Of a stretch of DNA of 64,000 nucleotides, positions 1 through 9,369 are shown in pieces. Position 1 is the stretch's first letter, and each line of letters begins with the position of its first letter. Both the position numbers and the translations under genes were made by a program. Source of the stretch: a virus (lineage: Duplodnaviria; Heunggongvirae; Uroviricota; Caudoviricetes); the IMG/VR virus record IMGVR_UViG_3300032007_000002; one strand, given 5' to 3'. The notes under the pieces were generated by a model. The model ran no database searches. It was not told the DNA's origin and saw nothing but the letters and a program-made list of their open reading frames with translations.

Positions 1-28
1 AACCGCGAACGGCAAGGAAATCCAGGTC

Positions 29-643
29 GTGGGCAACCCGGGCGGCATCAGGGATCTTGACGACTACGAGGCCCGCAGGTCCGCGAAGGAAATGCTGGAC
101 AATGAAATTATGCGTGAGATGACTGATCCGCTCGTAATCTCGCAGCAGCGCGGCCCGGCGCCGTTCGTAATGGTGCGGGGCGGCAACGGTTACAAGATGA
201 GTGACCCGAGGCCGGCAAGGGCCTGCGAAGGGCACGACTGGCGCCACGAGTTTCCCGGCCCGTACACCTTTGACGAAACAGTCGCCGACCTCGTATGGGA
301 CCGTGACTGCAACACTGTCCTCACCGCGATTACTGACGGATATGACGATATTCCCGATACAGTCATGCAGTCCCTCGTCAATGCGATGAACGGTAACGAA
401 GAGCTCGGCAAATTCCATCTCGGCGCACCGAAACTGGTTGCGTCGGAAAGCGACTGCTACATCGAATTTTGCGTGGATGGGGTGGTCAAGCGCCTGGATG
501 TCCGCGGATGGGGGCAGCTTACCGGCCCCAAGAAGTTCGAGCCGGCTGTCGCTGCCCAGTTGCAGGAGGACTTCGGCCAGTACGTCCTTATCTGCCTGAA
601 GCAAATCAACCTCGACGAACCTGAAACCAAGAAGGAAGCCTAA
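29..643 (+). CDS. Phage hypothetical protein (may start before the window)
   Basis: 204-aa ORF; C-terminal LDVRGWGQLTG...QEDFG motif resembles a recurrent phage hypothetical family; followed immediately by the next gene. Confidence 0.6.
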   Translation: MGNPGGIRDLDDYEARRSAKEMLDNEIMREMTDPLVISQQRGPAPFVMVRGGNGYKMSDPRPARACEGHDWRHEFPGPYTFDETVADLVWDRDCNTVLTAITDGYDDIPDTVMQSLVNAMNGNEELGKFHLGAPKLVASESDCYIEFCVDGVVKRLDVRGWGQLTGPKKFEPAVAAQLQEDFGQYVLICLKQINLDEPETKKEA

Positions 644-644
644 C

Positions 645-1043
645 ATGAAAAAATATATCATATTTGCTATTGCCCTGCTTGCCGTGGTCCTGTTCGCATG
701 CTGCCCGGAACCGGAAACGGGGGACACTGTCTCCGGCTCGTATGTGGTAATCACTGACAAGACTGATACGCTGTTCGTGTCTCCGTGCGGGAGGGTGTGG
801 ATTGAGAACCCTGTCGCCGCGGAAAACGGCGGTGGCGTGCTTTCCGGCGCCGCAGTGGATTCCCACCCGTTCGTTACGGTGATCTGGGCGAACAACTACA
901 GGGAAACGTATATGCGCGACCATTGGTATTATGGCCAGTTTGCGCAATACCATGAAATCGTGAAGAATATCCAGATGGACAAGCACATCACGATTGAACG
1001 GTTGCCGTGCATGGGCACAGTTACCCGTAAGCCGGGCAGGTAG
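645..1043 (+). CDS. Putative lipoprotein
   Basis: MKKYIIFAIALLAVVLFAC: basic N-terminus, hydrophobic core, lipobox-like Cys; AAGGAAG upstream. Confidence 0.6.
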   Translation: MKKYIIFAIALLAVVLFACCPEPETGDTVSGSYVVITDKTDTLFVSPCGRVWIENPVAAENGGGVLSGAAVDSHPFVTVIWANNYRETYMRDHWYYGQFAQYHEIVKNIQMDKHITIERLPCMGTVTRKPGR

Positions 1044-1046
1044 TCC

Positions 1047-1379
1047 ATGCAGCACAAGATTAAACCGCACTGGAAGTTCATTGAACACGCGAACCTGGAA
1101 ACGCTCCAGAAGAAAGTGAACGACTTTTCCGACGATTCCGAAGTCCAGGAAGTTCTCCTTACTACCCGCCAGGGTGGTACAGAGACCATCTTTGTCGCGA
1201 GCATCCGACATCTCGTCGATATTACCGATCTCGAAATCAAGCGTATGATGGCCAAGACTGCGGGTTTTACGGATTACATGAAGGATCCTGACCGATGGCC
1301 CAGCGAGAAGAAACAGAAATACGAAGAGCTGTATCACAAGTACGAGCGGGAACTGCTTGGCACCCCGGCTCCGTTCTAG
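1047..1379 (+). CDS. Hypothetical protein
   Basis: 110-aa ORF packed 3 nt after the previous gene. Confidence 0.65.
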   Translation: MQHKIKPHWKFIEHANLETLQKKVNDFSDDSEVQEVLLTTRQGGTETIFVASIRHLVDITDLEIKRMMAKTAGFTDYMKDPDRWPSEKKQKYEELYHKYERELLGTPAPF

Positions 1380-1410
1380 GATGCTGTTCCCTGATATAAT
1401 TGTATAAACG

Positions 1411-1436
1411 AAAAGGCTCCCATTCGGGAGCCTTTC
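1411..1436. terminator. Hairpin terminator between convergent genes, probably bidirectional
   Basis: AAAGGCTCCC-ATTC-GGGAGCCTTT, 10-bp stem with A/T flanks. Confidence 0.75.
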
Positions 1437-1437
1437 C

Positions 1438-1770
1438 TTATTGTTCTTCGGTCACGATTGCAAGCAGCTGGTCCAGCGCATTTTCGTATTGGACTGCGCA
1501 TGCAGGCACCCCGGGATTTTCGAAAAGGAAGGTCCAGGTAGTCTTGATGCCTTTCATTTCGGTATGCAGCAGCATTTCGTATTCGCTGAAGACACCGACT
1601 TCCTTGCGCTCGCCGGTTTCGTGGTCGTCGGCGAAGATGTTGTGGATGCCGGAATATTTCAGGCGTCCCGGTTCGAGCAAGAGGCCGTATTTTTCCAGGA
1701 GCTTCTTGGCGGTCTCCCTGGTGAGGGGTCGGCTCGCGGCCAACATCTGTGAGTTCAGTAGTCCGTTCAT
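1438..1770 (-). CDS. Hypothetical protein
   Basis: 110 aa, AAGGAGA RBS upstream. Confidence 0.7.
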   Translation of the reverse strand: MNGLLNSQMLAASRPLTRETAKKLLEKYGLLLEPGRLKYSGIHNIFADDHETGERKEVGVFSEYEMLLHTEMKGIKTTWTFLFENPGVPACAVQYENALDQLLAIVTEEQ

Positions 1771-1782
1771 GTGTGGGTCTCC

Positions 1783-2760
1783 TTAGCAGTAATACGCTTT
1801 GATTTCGATGATAAGGGTAACGAGGGCAGCAATTATCAACAGCCCCCACCCGATTTCTTTCATGGCCGTTTTTGTAAGCCACTTGAGTTTTGGCTTTTCC
1901 CATGGGTTCATCGGAAGCGACTGGACGAACTCCTCGTAGGTCTGTTCGCGCTTTCGATTATTTTCCCGTGCCGTTTTCTCCGCATCGAGAATCGCGGCAA
2001 GACGTTCCTGCCAGCGGGTAATCCAGCCGTCCGGGGAGTTCGCCCCATACATGCGGTTTCTGGCATAGTTCAGCATGTGGTCGACTGCGGCCGCAATGCC
2101 GTGGAATATGATGATTGACGAGGAGTATTCTGCACCTTGTCCAGTAAGCCGGCGGAACTGGTAGTCGAGCGCATACTTGTCGTCGAACGGGACCGGCAGG
2201 TGGTAGCACGTAATATCGCTCATCGCCTCTTCGGATTTATAACGGTTCGGATGGACATGGCCGCTTGTGACTGTCATGTCTACCGGGATAGGGATGTCGA
2301 CGCCATCCTTGCACACCGGTGCCGCATACATGTATAGACGGCTCCTGGCATGGTACACGACATAGACATAGTGCTTGTCGAGAACTCGGCCATTTATTGC
2401 CCGATTGAATATGTCTTGCAGTTTGCCAGGTTCGGCAATGGATACACATTCCGTCGTGCCCATCATGCAGCCGTCACGGTCGGGGATTGATGCAACGTGT
2501 ACGGTAGTGTCAATCAAACGGAAATCGTTGTTCCAGCAGCCCGGCTTGATCTGGTGGCATAGCACGAGCTCGGCGACAGGATATTGTATGAATTGGAACG
2601 GATCGTCTGTTGGGCGCTTCGCGTCGAATACGTCGGGATGATACCTGAACGCTTCCATGTCGTAACGGGTAAATGAGCTGTCTATTAGCGATGCCTGGCT
2701 CTTACTGAAATGATGTAGCGCGGCGAGCGTGCCAGTCTTGAAACCTAGATGGTAAGTCAT
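1783..2760 (-). CDS. Hypothetical protein with C-terminal transmembrane helix
   Basis: 325 aa; hydrophobic IGWGLLIIAALVTLII tail; downstream of a TTGCTATATTTC motif. Confidence 0.7.
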   Translation of the reverse strand: MTYHLGFKTGTLAALHHFSKSQASLIDSSFTRYDMEAFRYHPDVFDAKRPTDDPFQFIQYPVAELVLCHQIKPGCWNNDFRLIDTTVHVASIPDRDGCMMGTTECVSIAEPGKLQDIFNRAINGRVLDKHYVYVVYHARSRLYMYAAPVCKDGVDIPIPVDMTVTSGHVHPNRYKSEEAMSDITCYHLPVPFDDKYALDYQFRRLTGQGAEYSSSIIIFHGIAAAVDHMLNYARNRMYGANSPDGWITRWQERLAAILDAEKTARENNRKREQTYEEFVQSLPMNPWEKPKLKWLTKTAMKEIGWGLLIIAALVTLIIEIKAYYC

Positions 2761-2801
2761 TTTAAATTCCTATTATATTGGTTATATGTCTGAAATATAG
2801 C

Positions 2802-2826
2802 AAAAGGCGGGCATGCGCCCGTCTTT
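2802..2826 (-). terminator. Intrinsic terminator fused to class B promoter motif
   Basis: AAAAGGCGGGC-ATGC-GCCCGTCTTT hairpin with U-tract on the minus strand. Confidence 0.6.
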
Positions 2827-2842
2827 CGATACGTGGCAAAGG

Positions 2843-3505
2843 TTACCCGTGATTGCGGGCGTGTTCCTGTCTTTCACGGATCTTGCGTTCCGCGGTTTCC
2901 TTCGCGACACGCTCTTCGTATTTCTTCTTTGCTTCGAGCCGTTCGGCAAGCGCCCGTTCCAGCTTTTCCTGGTAGAGCGCGGGCAGCTTCTTGGAGTCCA
3001 TAGTGGCGCCGAGACCTTCCTGGACCTGTGACCACACGGGATATTCGTCCGGGTTGCCCACGCATGCGGTCAGCCAGATGCTGGGGGCGTCGCTCGCCGT
3101 GTTGTAGATGTCCGCCGAACAGTGAAGCGCGAGGACGCCCGCGACCGGGACCTTGCCTGCCGCCATGTGCTTGAACGGGAGATACATTTCGAGCTTCGGG
3201 ACGACGCGTTCGGCTTCCTGCTTTACGACCATTTTCTCGACAGACACTCCCGGGATTTCGGGAATGCGGCGGGCGTAGTCCAGGAATTTTCGGATATACT
3301 TGGTTGCGGTATGCTTGGTCGCCGACACGCGCTGGTCGAACAGCTCGTTGAACTTGGCGATGCTGTCGTCACGGATCGCGCCGTATTCGCTCTTGCCGTC
3401 TTCGGTAAGCAGCTCCAGCTTTTCCCGCTTCATCTTGGCGGTGACCTTCTTCATCTGGGCCAGCTGTTCCTTGAACTCGACCATGTAGGGTTTATTGTTG
3501 CTCAT
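2843..3505 (-). CDS. Hypothetical protein with coiled-coil termini
   Basis: 220 aa, GGAGG RBS, overlaps the upstream gene. Confidence 0.7.
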   Translation of the reverse strand: MSNNKPYMVEFKEQLAQMKKVTAKMKREKLELLTEDGKSEYGAIRDDSIAKFNELFDQRVSATKHTATKYIRKFLDYARRIPEIPGVSVEKMVVKQEAERVVPKLEMYLPFKHMAAGKVPVAGVLALHCSADIYNTASDAPSIWLTACVGNPDEYPVWSQVQEGLGATMDSKKLPALYQEKLERALAERLEAKKKYEERVAKETAERKIRERQEHARNHG

Positions 3506-3707
3506 GATTGACCTCCGCCATTGCCCGCTCGGTCATCAGCTTGATTTCGAGCACGGGCTCCTTGGTAATGATTACGCTGCCGGCAGCGTCGAACGTCCTG
3601 ATGACCGAGGGCGCGTCGGCATTGTCGGACGCGTTTTTGAGTTTCGGTTTCTGGCCGAAGCGGCGCTTGATGAGTTTCCAGTTTAACATGCGGTCCCAGA
3701 GGCTCAT
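3492..3707 (-). CDS. Hypothetical protein
   Basis: Start reassigned to MSLWDRM, coupled to the previous stop (TAATG). Confidence 0.55.
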   Translation of the reverse strand: MSLWDRMLNWKLIKRRFGQKPKLKNASDNADAPSVIRTFDAAGSVIITKEPVLEIKLMTERAMAEVNHEQQ

Positions 3708-4330
3708 TAGTTGCCCCCCTTGGAATATTCCTTCCACGCGCATTTGAGCGATTTGTTTTGCAGTACCAGCTGGCGGGCAAACCTGATAAGGTCGTTCATA
3801 ACGAGACTGTCGTGGTTTGCGGGATGCTCGAAAATCCACTTGCTCAGCTGTTCAAATCGTTCGGCGGGAAGGAGGGTTTCGATGTCCTTCTTGAGGAGTT
3901 CTTCCGGGGACAGCTGGACTGCCTCGTGATGGCCCTTCTTGCCCATTTCGACGATGCCGGTCTCGCGGAGGATGATGCTGCCTTCCGGGGTCACCACGCA
4001 TCCGCCATCATTGACAGTCGCGATTGCGATGTCATAGGGCTTGCCCTTGGCGGGGACGGTAAATTCCACGTTTCCGTCGAGAGAGGCCGGATCCAGGCTT
4101 CCGATGTACTCGCGGAGGGTCTTGCGGGTAATCTGTGCGGGAGCTTTCACGCTCGTGTCCGTGTGGGTGCGAAGGACAAGCAGTTTCACCGATCCGCCTT
4201 CATACGGGATGACGTAGTGGACGGGATATGTCATGCCGGTGCGGGCCCTTACGTAAATGGGCATGTCCTGGTTGCCGTTCACATCGAAGAGTTCCGGGTC
4301 AACAATTTTGTAAAGTTCGCTGGTTTGCAT
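3707..4330 (-). CDS. Hypothetical protein
   Basis: Start MQTSELY after AAGGAG RBS and class B motif. Confidence 0.7.
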   Translation of the reverse strand: MQTSELYKIVDPELFDVNGNQDMPIYVRARTGMTYPVHYVIPYEGGSVKLLVLRTHTDTSVKAPAQITRKTLREYIGSLDPASLDGNVEFTVPAKGKPYDIAIATVNDGGCVVTPEGSIILRETGIVEMGKKGHHEAVQLSPEELLKKDIETLLPAERFEQLSKWIFEHPANHDSLVMNDLIRFARQLVLQNKSLKCAWKEYSKGGN

Positions 4331-4361
4331 ACTTTGACTCCTTTGTTGTCTGAAATATAGC

Positions 4362-4390
4362 AAAAACGGTGGACACGCTTATCCACCGTT
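4362..4390 (-). terminator. Intrinsic terminator fused to class B promoter motif
   Basis: AACGGTGGA-CACGCTTA-TCCACCGTT hairpin plus U-tract. Confidence 0.6.
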
Positions 4391-4479
4391 CAGTAAAAAT
4401 GAAAGTATCGCCCAATGGTGCCCGGAATGGAGTTCACGAATACACCAAAGGGGCGGTGTATAGGGGAGACCTACCGGGA

Positions 4480-4866
4480 CTACCGGGACGGCTTCTCGGC
4501 CTTGACCTTGCCGACAATGTACTTGGACCGGAACTCCGCTGCATCGCTGTAGCGCTTGACGGCATTGTAGAAGTAGAAGACCTGCATGATGGGGTCGGTT
4601 ACCTTCACGTCCAGCGTATTGCCGAAAATTGCCCCATGCGACTCGGAGTCGTTGCTCACGATCTCTGTCCTGAACAGTCGCGGGTGCTGCGGTTCGTCCA
4701 TGTCCCTGTAGTTGTACAGGTGGCCGACTAATCTGTCGGTCGTGATGGTGATTTCGTCCCCGTTGACGATTTCGACGCCCTTCATCGCGCCGCAGTTGAT
4801 GAGGTCGGTGATGCGGTTGCGTTCCGTCGGTGTGAACTTGATATATCTCAGATTGCGTTTTGCCAT
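4480..4866 (-). CDS. Hypothetical protein
   Basis: 128 aa, AAGGA RBS. Confidence 0.7.
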   Translation of the reverse strand: MAKRNLRYIKFTPTERNRITDLINCGAMKGVEIVNGDEITITTDRLVGHLYNYRDMDEPQHPRLFRTEIVSNDSESHGAIFGNTLDVKVTDPIMQVFYFYNAVKRYSDAAEFRSKYIVGKVKAEKPSR

Positions 4867-4867
4867 G

Positions 4868-5410
4868 TTATTCCTTTTTATCGAGGCTGATTATGGCGCA
4901 AACAAGGTTCTTGCCATTGTTGGTGGTTTTGTGGGTGATCTTGAATTTCACGTCCGTGCCGATTGCGTCGAGCGTTTCCTGGTCCTGGACAACCACGCGT
5001 TCGAGCTGGTTCGGGCAGGATTCCTGGACCAGCTTGCGCAGCTTCGGCATGCCGGGGATGATACAGTCGCGCCACAGCATGAGCAGGGTATTTGCAGTGA
5101 CCGGCTTGGCGATGGGAGCCTTCGGAATTCCGTCGAACTGGCTGAACATGACTAGGCTGTCGTCGTAAAGGAAAGCAGTGCGCGGTTCCGTGGTCGCTTT
5201 CTTCCGTGCCTCCATGAACTTATCCTGGGCACGTTTCTTGCATAGCTCGGGGTTGTGGCTGTCCTGGACTTTGATTAGGTTGCGAAACTCTTTTGCATAC
5301 GTCGTGCACTTGGCAGTCTGGTCTCTGGCGACGGCGTCTACAACGCCGTAGAGGGCGTCGAGCAGTTCGCTGTCAACTATGAGGACGGTATCGCGATGCT
5401 TGTATTCCAT
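4868..5410 (-). CDS. Hypothetical protein
   Basis: 180 aa, operon packing. Confidence 0.7.
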   Translation of the reverse strand: MEYKHRDTVLIVDSELLDALYGVVDAVARDQTAKCTTYAKEFRNLIKVQDSHNPELCKKRAQDKFMEARKKATTEPRTAFLYDDSLVMFSQFDGIPKAPIAKPVTANTLLMLWRDCIIPGMPKLRKLVQESCPNQLERVVVQDQETLDAIGTDVKFKITHKTTNNGKNLVCAIISLDKKE

Positions 5411-5411
5411 G

Positions 5412-5732
5412 CTATACCACCATGATGCGCAGTACGTAGGTCGTCTGCTTTTCCTTGACGCGGTCGCCCACGCGGAAGGTGGTCTCGCCTTCGGCCAGGG
5501 CCGCGCAGACGTTCGCGACGGTGACTTCGTCGCCGGAGAGGACCTTGCCCAGCTTCAGGCAGCGGACGGTGGTCACGTTTCTCGGGTTGCCGTCCTCGCG
5601 GACGCCGGACTGGAACGATGCGAACGTGTCGGACACGGCTTCCACGATGCCGAGTTCGTCTTCCGCGTCGCCTTCCCAAATCTTTTCGACCGGCTTGTCT
5701 CCTTCGAGGATCAATACTGTCTTGTTTGCCAT
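5412..5732 (-). CDS. Hypothetical protein
   Basis: 106 aa, AAGGAGG RBS, class B motif upstream. Confidence 0.7.
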   Translation of the reverse strand: MANKTVLILEGDKPVEKIWEGDAEDELGIVEAVSDTFASFQSGVREDGNPRNVTTVRCLKLGKVLSGDEVTVANVCAALAEGETTFRVGDRVKEKQTTYVLRIMVV

Positions 5733-5761
5733 GTGGCCTCCTTTGATGTTTGAAATATAGC

Positions 5762-5789
5762 AAAAACGGCGGACGCCTGTCCGCCGTTT
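5762..5789 (-). terminator. Intrinsic terminator fused to class B promoter motif
   Basis: AAACGGCGGAC-GCCT-GTCCGCCGTTT hairpin directly after a stop codon. Confidence 0.7.
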
Positions 5790-5792
5790 AGC

Positions 5793-7217
5793 TTACTCCC
5801 GTAGTCCCTTGTACTGGACGAAGTCCGAAAGCGCCTTTATCTTGCCGGGAAGCGCCTTGATCCCGGCGATGACTTCGTGTGCCGACGATAGCCACCTCTG
5901 CGTGTTGTTGTCCTTGTACCAGTAGCTGTGGCGGGATGACGCCGGCTTGATCATCATGTCGCGGGTGGCGTCGTTCTCCCTGGCCGTCTGGAAGTCGTCG
6001 TATACGCCCCGCATTGTCTGGTATTTGGCAATCCTCGGGACATATATCGTGTATGACTCTTTCTCGATGCCGGGACACCCGGAGAAATCGACCTGCACGG
6101 TAGCCTCTGCCTTCCTCCACTTCACGCGCCCGCCGTCAACCTTCGGAAAGCGGTAGCTGAACTTGCAGTTGAGCATGCCGTTCTCGTAGGAGATTGTCGC
6201 GCCGGGGAGCATGGCTTCCAGGTCGATTTCCCTTGCCTTCAGGCGTTCGAGGATGTAGGCCTTGCGTTCGGCGTTGTGCTTGGTTTGCTTTGCATAGCGG
6301 TCTCGCTCCAGGCTTTCCTGTTCGGGGGAAAGCGGAAGATAGACCGGCCCTTCATCGGTCCACTTTACGGCCTTGTGCCAGTCTCTCGGCGCGTCGTTCT
6401 CCTTGGCGACCTCGTCGTAGTAGTCGTCCAGCCGTCGTGTCGCTGCCTCGATTTCCCTGGCGACCATTTCCGGGCTGTCGCACTCGACCACCAGGGCGGT
6501 GTTGTCGCGCCCGAACTTGCTGAACATTTCCGGCGCGGTTACCGCATCGGGGAACATCCGTTTGAGTATCTCGTATTCGTTGTACGAGTTGCGGAAGTCC
6601 GGCCCGATTACGATCCAGAGTTTCTTCGTGTCGTATGATGTCACCAGCGACACGTAGAAATAGGTGAGGTTGCTCGGGAGGCGGAAGTCCCGGAGTTCCT
6701 TGTCGTAGATGCGGAGTTTCCAGTGGTGGCGTTCCAGGCTGTAGGGATTCTGGTCCCACGGCCACGCGACCGTATGGCGGACAATCTCCGGCTTGTGAAT
6801 GAACATCGGGATGGTCTTCAGGCAGTGCTTGATGAAGTCCGCGTGGACGGTGTCCCATTCCTCCGGCCGCATGACGAGACGGCCGTCCCTGGCCTCCTCC
6901 GTGTCCAGCTTGCAGACGGAATGGAGCCAGGTGACCATGGCTGTGAGCGGGTCCAGGTAGCCGCTGTTCGTTTCCGAGTCGTAAATCTTGCCGTCCATCG
7001 TGGCGAGGTAGCGGTTATGGTAGGACTTGGCCTTGAATACCGTCACCTGGACGGTTGCAAGGCGCCCGTCGATTTCGCCGTCGAGGAATACGTCGCAGCT
7101 GCGGTCGCCCACTTCCGCCCGGGTGACTTTCAGTTCGGGAAGGCGGTCGATTTCCGCCTGCATCTGCTGGAGAAACGGTCCCGCCTTTACGAGCTCGCTT
7201 CCGGTATAGACTTTCAT
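5793..7217 (-). CDS. Hypothetical protein (474 aa)
   Basis: Long ORF with AAGGA RBS; no motif recognised. Confidence 0.8.
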   Translation of the reverse strand: MKVYTGSELVKAGPFLQQMQAEIDRLPELKVTRAEVGDRSCDVFLDGEIDGRLATVQVTVFKAKSYHNRYLATMDGKIYDSETNSGYLDPLTAMVTWLHSVCKLDTEEARDGRLVMRPEEWDTVHADFIKHCLKTIPMFIHKPEIVRHTVAWPWDQNPYSLERHHWKLRIYDKELRDFRLPSNLTYFYVSLVTSYDTKKLWIVIGPDFRNSYNEYEILKRMFPDAVTAPEMFSKFGRDNTALVVECDSPEMVAREIEAATRRLDDYYDEVAKENDAPRDWHKAVKWTDEGPVYLPLSPEQESLERDRYAKQTKHNAERKAYILERLKAREIDLEAMLPGATISYENGMLNCKFSYRFPKVDGGRVKWRKAEATVQVDFSGCPGIEKESYTIYVPRIAKYQTMRGVYDDFQTARENDATRDMMIKPASSRHSYWYKDNNTQRWLSSAHEVIAGIKALPGKIKALSDFVQYKGLRE

Positions 7218-7221
7218 TCGC

Positions 7222-7563
7222 TTATTCCTTGATGAGGAGGCTCTCCGCGATCGTGCTCGGGATGAGGAACTTGTCGTCGATGAAGCTGCCGATGCCGCGC
7301 ACGATCTTGTCCGTGATTACGAGCCTTACCGGCTTGCCCTTGATATCGGACCACCTGCTCACGCCGATTGTCTCCATGAGGGGGATGACGAACTCGGCGG
7401 GGAGGCCGAATTGGCTTCCTCCGCGGTCCGCGATCTTGAACGTGAAACGGACCTGCGGGCCGTCCTCGAGGTCGATGTCGGCCTCGGTGATGAGCGCGTT
7501 GGGGAAGGTTGCCCCGCGCTTGAAGGCGCACTGGCGGGCCGATGTTACGATGTCTGGTTTCAT
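7222..7563 (-). CDS. Hypothetical protein, paralogous to the C-terminal domain of 8695..9309
   Basis: Start MKPDIV after AAGGAGA; shares M-E-x-(I/V)-G...W-x-D...GIG...DKFL(I/V)PS. Confidence 0.65.
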   Translation of the reverse strand: MKPDIVTSARQCAFKRGATFPNALITEADIDLEDGPQVRFTFKIADRGGSQFGLPAEFVIPLMETIGVSRWSDIKGKPVRLVITDKIVRGIGSFIDDKFLIPSTIAESLLIKE

Positions 7564-7574
7564 GTGTGTTCTCC

Positions 7575-8429
7575 TTATTTTCCTTCGATGTATTTCTTGA
7601 GCGCCTGCGCTTCCGGGTGCTTCTGTTCTGCCTTTTTCAGGTAGTTCATCGTGTGCAGGGCGAGGCACTTGCAGAACCTGGCCGATACCCCGTGGTGCGA
7701 CTGGAGACTTTCGGACTGTTCCTCGAATGCCCTGCCGGTGATGCCGTGGCACGACTGTCTCTTCTGCTCGAAGCCGCGCCATAAGCGGTCGTACATGTTG
7801 CAGCACTCGATGTTCGTTTCGGAGCGGCCGATAATCATGCCGTCCTTTTCCAGGTTGCCGCCATAGATGTCCTTCGGCTCCGACCATCCGCAGGGGATGA
7901 CGACACAGGAGTGCGCCTTGCCTTCCGTGTCGAACGCGAGGCCGTTCACTTCGGAGAAGCGGATCGATTCCGGCTTGATGCGGTAGGCGTTGTCGTCGTC
8001 CCAGTCCGCCTTTTCCAGCGTCTTCGCCTTGAAGCGGACGGAGAAGTTCTCGCCCCACCCGTCCGAAATCTGGCCGTCCAGGTCCCTGATAAGGTTGTCG
8101 ATGTAGGGTTTCAGCTCGGCGAACGTGCGGATATCCTCGTTGATTGTCGCCGTGAAGCAGACATACAGGTCCCCGTAGCGCATGGTGACGTGCTGGGTGA
8201 TTTCGATAATCTTTTCCTGGAGTTCCTTTGGCGTGTGGTGGAGGCAGGTCGCCAGGGAGAGCTGCGTGTCGAAGTCGAAGTTTGCCATCTTCGTTTCGAG
8301 GAGCTCGATAAGTTTCAGTTTCTTCTCGGCGGTGACGTCGATGTATTCCAGGTCGGCCACCCTGTTGATGAAGAGCGGGGAAAAGAAACGGATTTGCGTC
8401 TGGTAGAAAGATCTTCCAATTCTTCCCAT
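7575..8429 (-). CDS. Hypothetical protein
   Basis: 284 aa; contains a GQISDGWGENF motif seen in phage hypothetical proteins. Confidence 0.7.
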   Translation of the reverse strand: MGRIGRSFYQTQIRFFSPLFINRVADLEYIDVTAEKKLKLIELLETKMANFDFDTQLSLATCLHHTPKELQEKIIEITQHVTMRYGDLYVCFTATINEDIRTFAELKPYIDNLIRDLDGQISDGWGENFSVRFKAKTLEKADWDDDNAYRIKPESIRFSEVNGLAFDTEGKAHSCVVIPCGWSEPKDIYGGNLEKDGMIIGRSETNIECCNMYDRLWRGFEQKRQSCHGITGRAFEEQSESLQSHHGVSARFCKCLALHTMNYLKKAEQKHPEAQALKKYIEGK

Positions 8430-8457
8430 TTGGTCATGTCCTCATAAAAATGTTTCG

Positions 8458-8676
8458 TTACTTGACTTCCACGCACTGGTAGTTGAAAAACACTGACCGT
8501 TCACGGCTGTTGCCGTTTGCCTTTGTAAGAAAAATTTCCGTTCCGGCATCCTTGATGTACTGTTCGCCGGCCCTTATGCACGTCGCCTTGGAGCTGAACC
8601 CGGGCACGGTTACCGAAGTGGCTGCATCGCTGGATTGCGGCATCCACCAAAATGCTAAAATGACTAAAGTCCACAT
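8458..8676 (-). CDS. Small secreted or membrane protein
   Basis: Hydrophobic N-terminus; F-S-S-x-x-x-C and terminal Cys. Confidence 0.55.
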   Translation of the reverse strand: MWTLVILAFWWMPQSSDAATSVTVPGFSSKATCIRAGEQYIKDAGTEIFLTKANGNSRERSVFFNYQCVEVK

Positions 8677-8694
8677 ATACGGATTGCCTCCCTG

Positions 8695-9309
8695 TTATGC
8701 CTTCTTCATGCTGCTGGGGACGAGGAACTTGTCTTCCGTGGCGTGGCCGATTCCGTAGACGAAGCCGTCCACGGACACCGCGCGGATGCGGACGCGGCCC
8801 ATGTCGGTCCAGTGTTCGGCGCCCACGGCTTCCATTACCGGGAACAGCATGTCCGACCAGAGACGGTAGACCACGTCGCGGTGGGTGTCGAGGGTGAGTT
8901 TGAGGTTGACGGTCTTCTCGCTGAAGTCGAACGCCGAGATGGATCCGTCGATGAGCTCGAACCCCTCCGCGATGTCCGCCAGCTTGCAGACGGGGGAGCT
9001 GGCCTTGCCCTGGAGGTCCACGAGCATGTACTCGACCGGGGTGTTGTCGTCAAGGTTGTCGAAGGCCTCGACGGACGACGAGTTCAGCTTGAACGCGTCC
9101 ACGATGTCCTTCGCCGTCGGGTGTTCGCCCGTGCCGAGGCCGCGGTCTTCCGAGCCGTTGGCGCCCCAGGCCCACATGCCGGTGAAGTAGGCACGCTTGC
9201 ATTCCCCGGCGTAGTCCTTTTCCACCGCGTCGATGAAGTCCTGGTTGATGGCGTAGCCGGTCCAGAGGACTTCCGGCTTGCCCGTGCTTTTCTTGATGAG
9301 TGCCTTCAT
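8695..9309 (-). CDS. Hypothetical protein
   Basis: Start MKALIKK after AAGGA; class B motif upstream. Confidence 0.7.
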   Translation of the reverse strand: MKALIKKSTGKPEVLWTGYAINQDFIDAVEKDYAGECKRAYFTGMWAWGANGSEDRGLGTGEHPTAKDIVDAFKLNSSSVEAFDNLDDNTPVEYMLVDLQGKASSPVCKLADIAEGFELIDGSISAFDFSEKTVNLKLTLDTHRDVVYRLWSDMLFPVMEAVGAEHWTDMGRVRIRAVSVDGFVYGIGHATEDKFLVPSSMKKA

Positions 9310-9369
9310 GTTAAAATTCCTTTTCTCCGGGAGGACCACTCCTCCCTTTGGTTTGAAATATAGCAAAAA

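Noticed and set aside
2812-2856. CCCGTGATTG near-match to the class A box
   Set aside because: One mismatch, inside a coding 3' end, partner box poor (CATGCG) and no leader; not counted.
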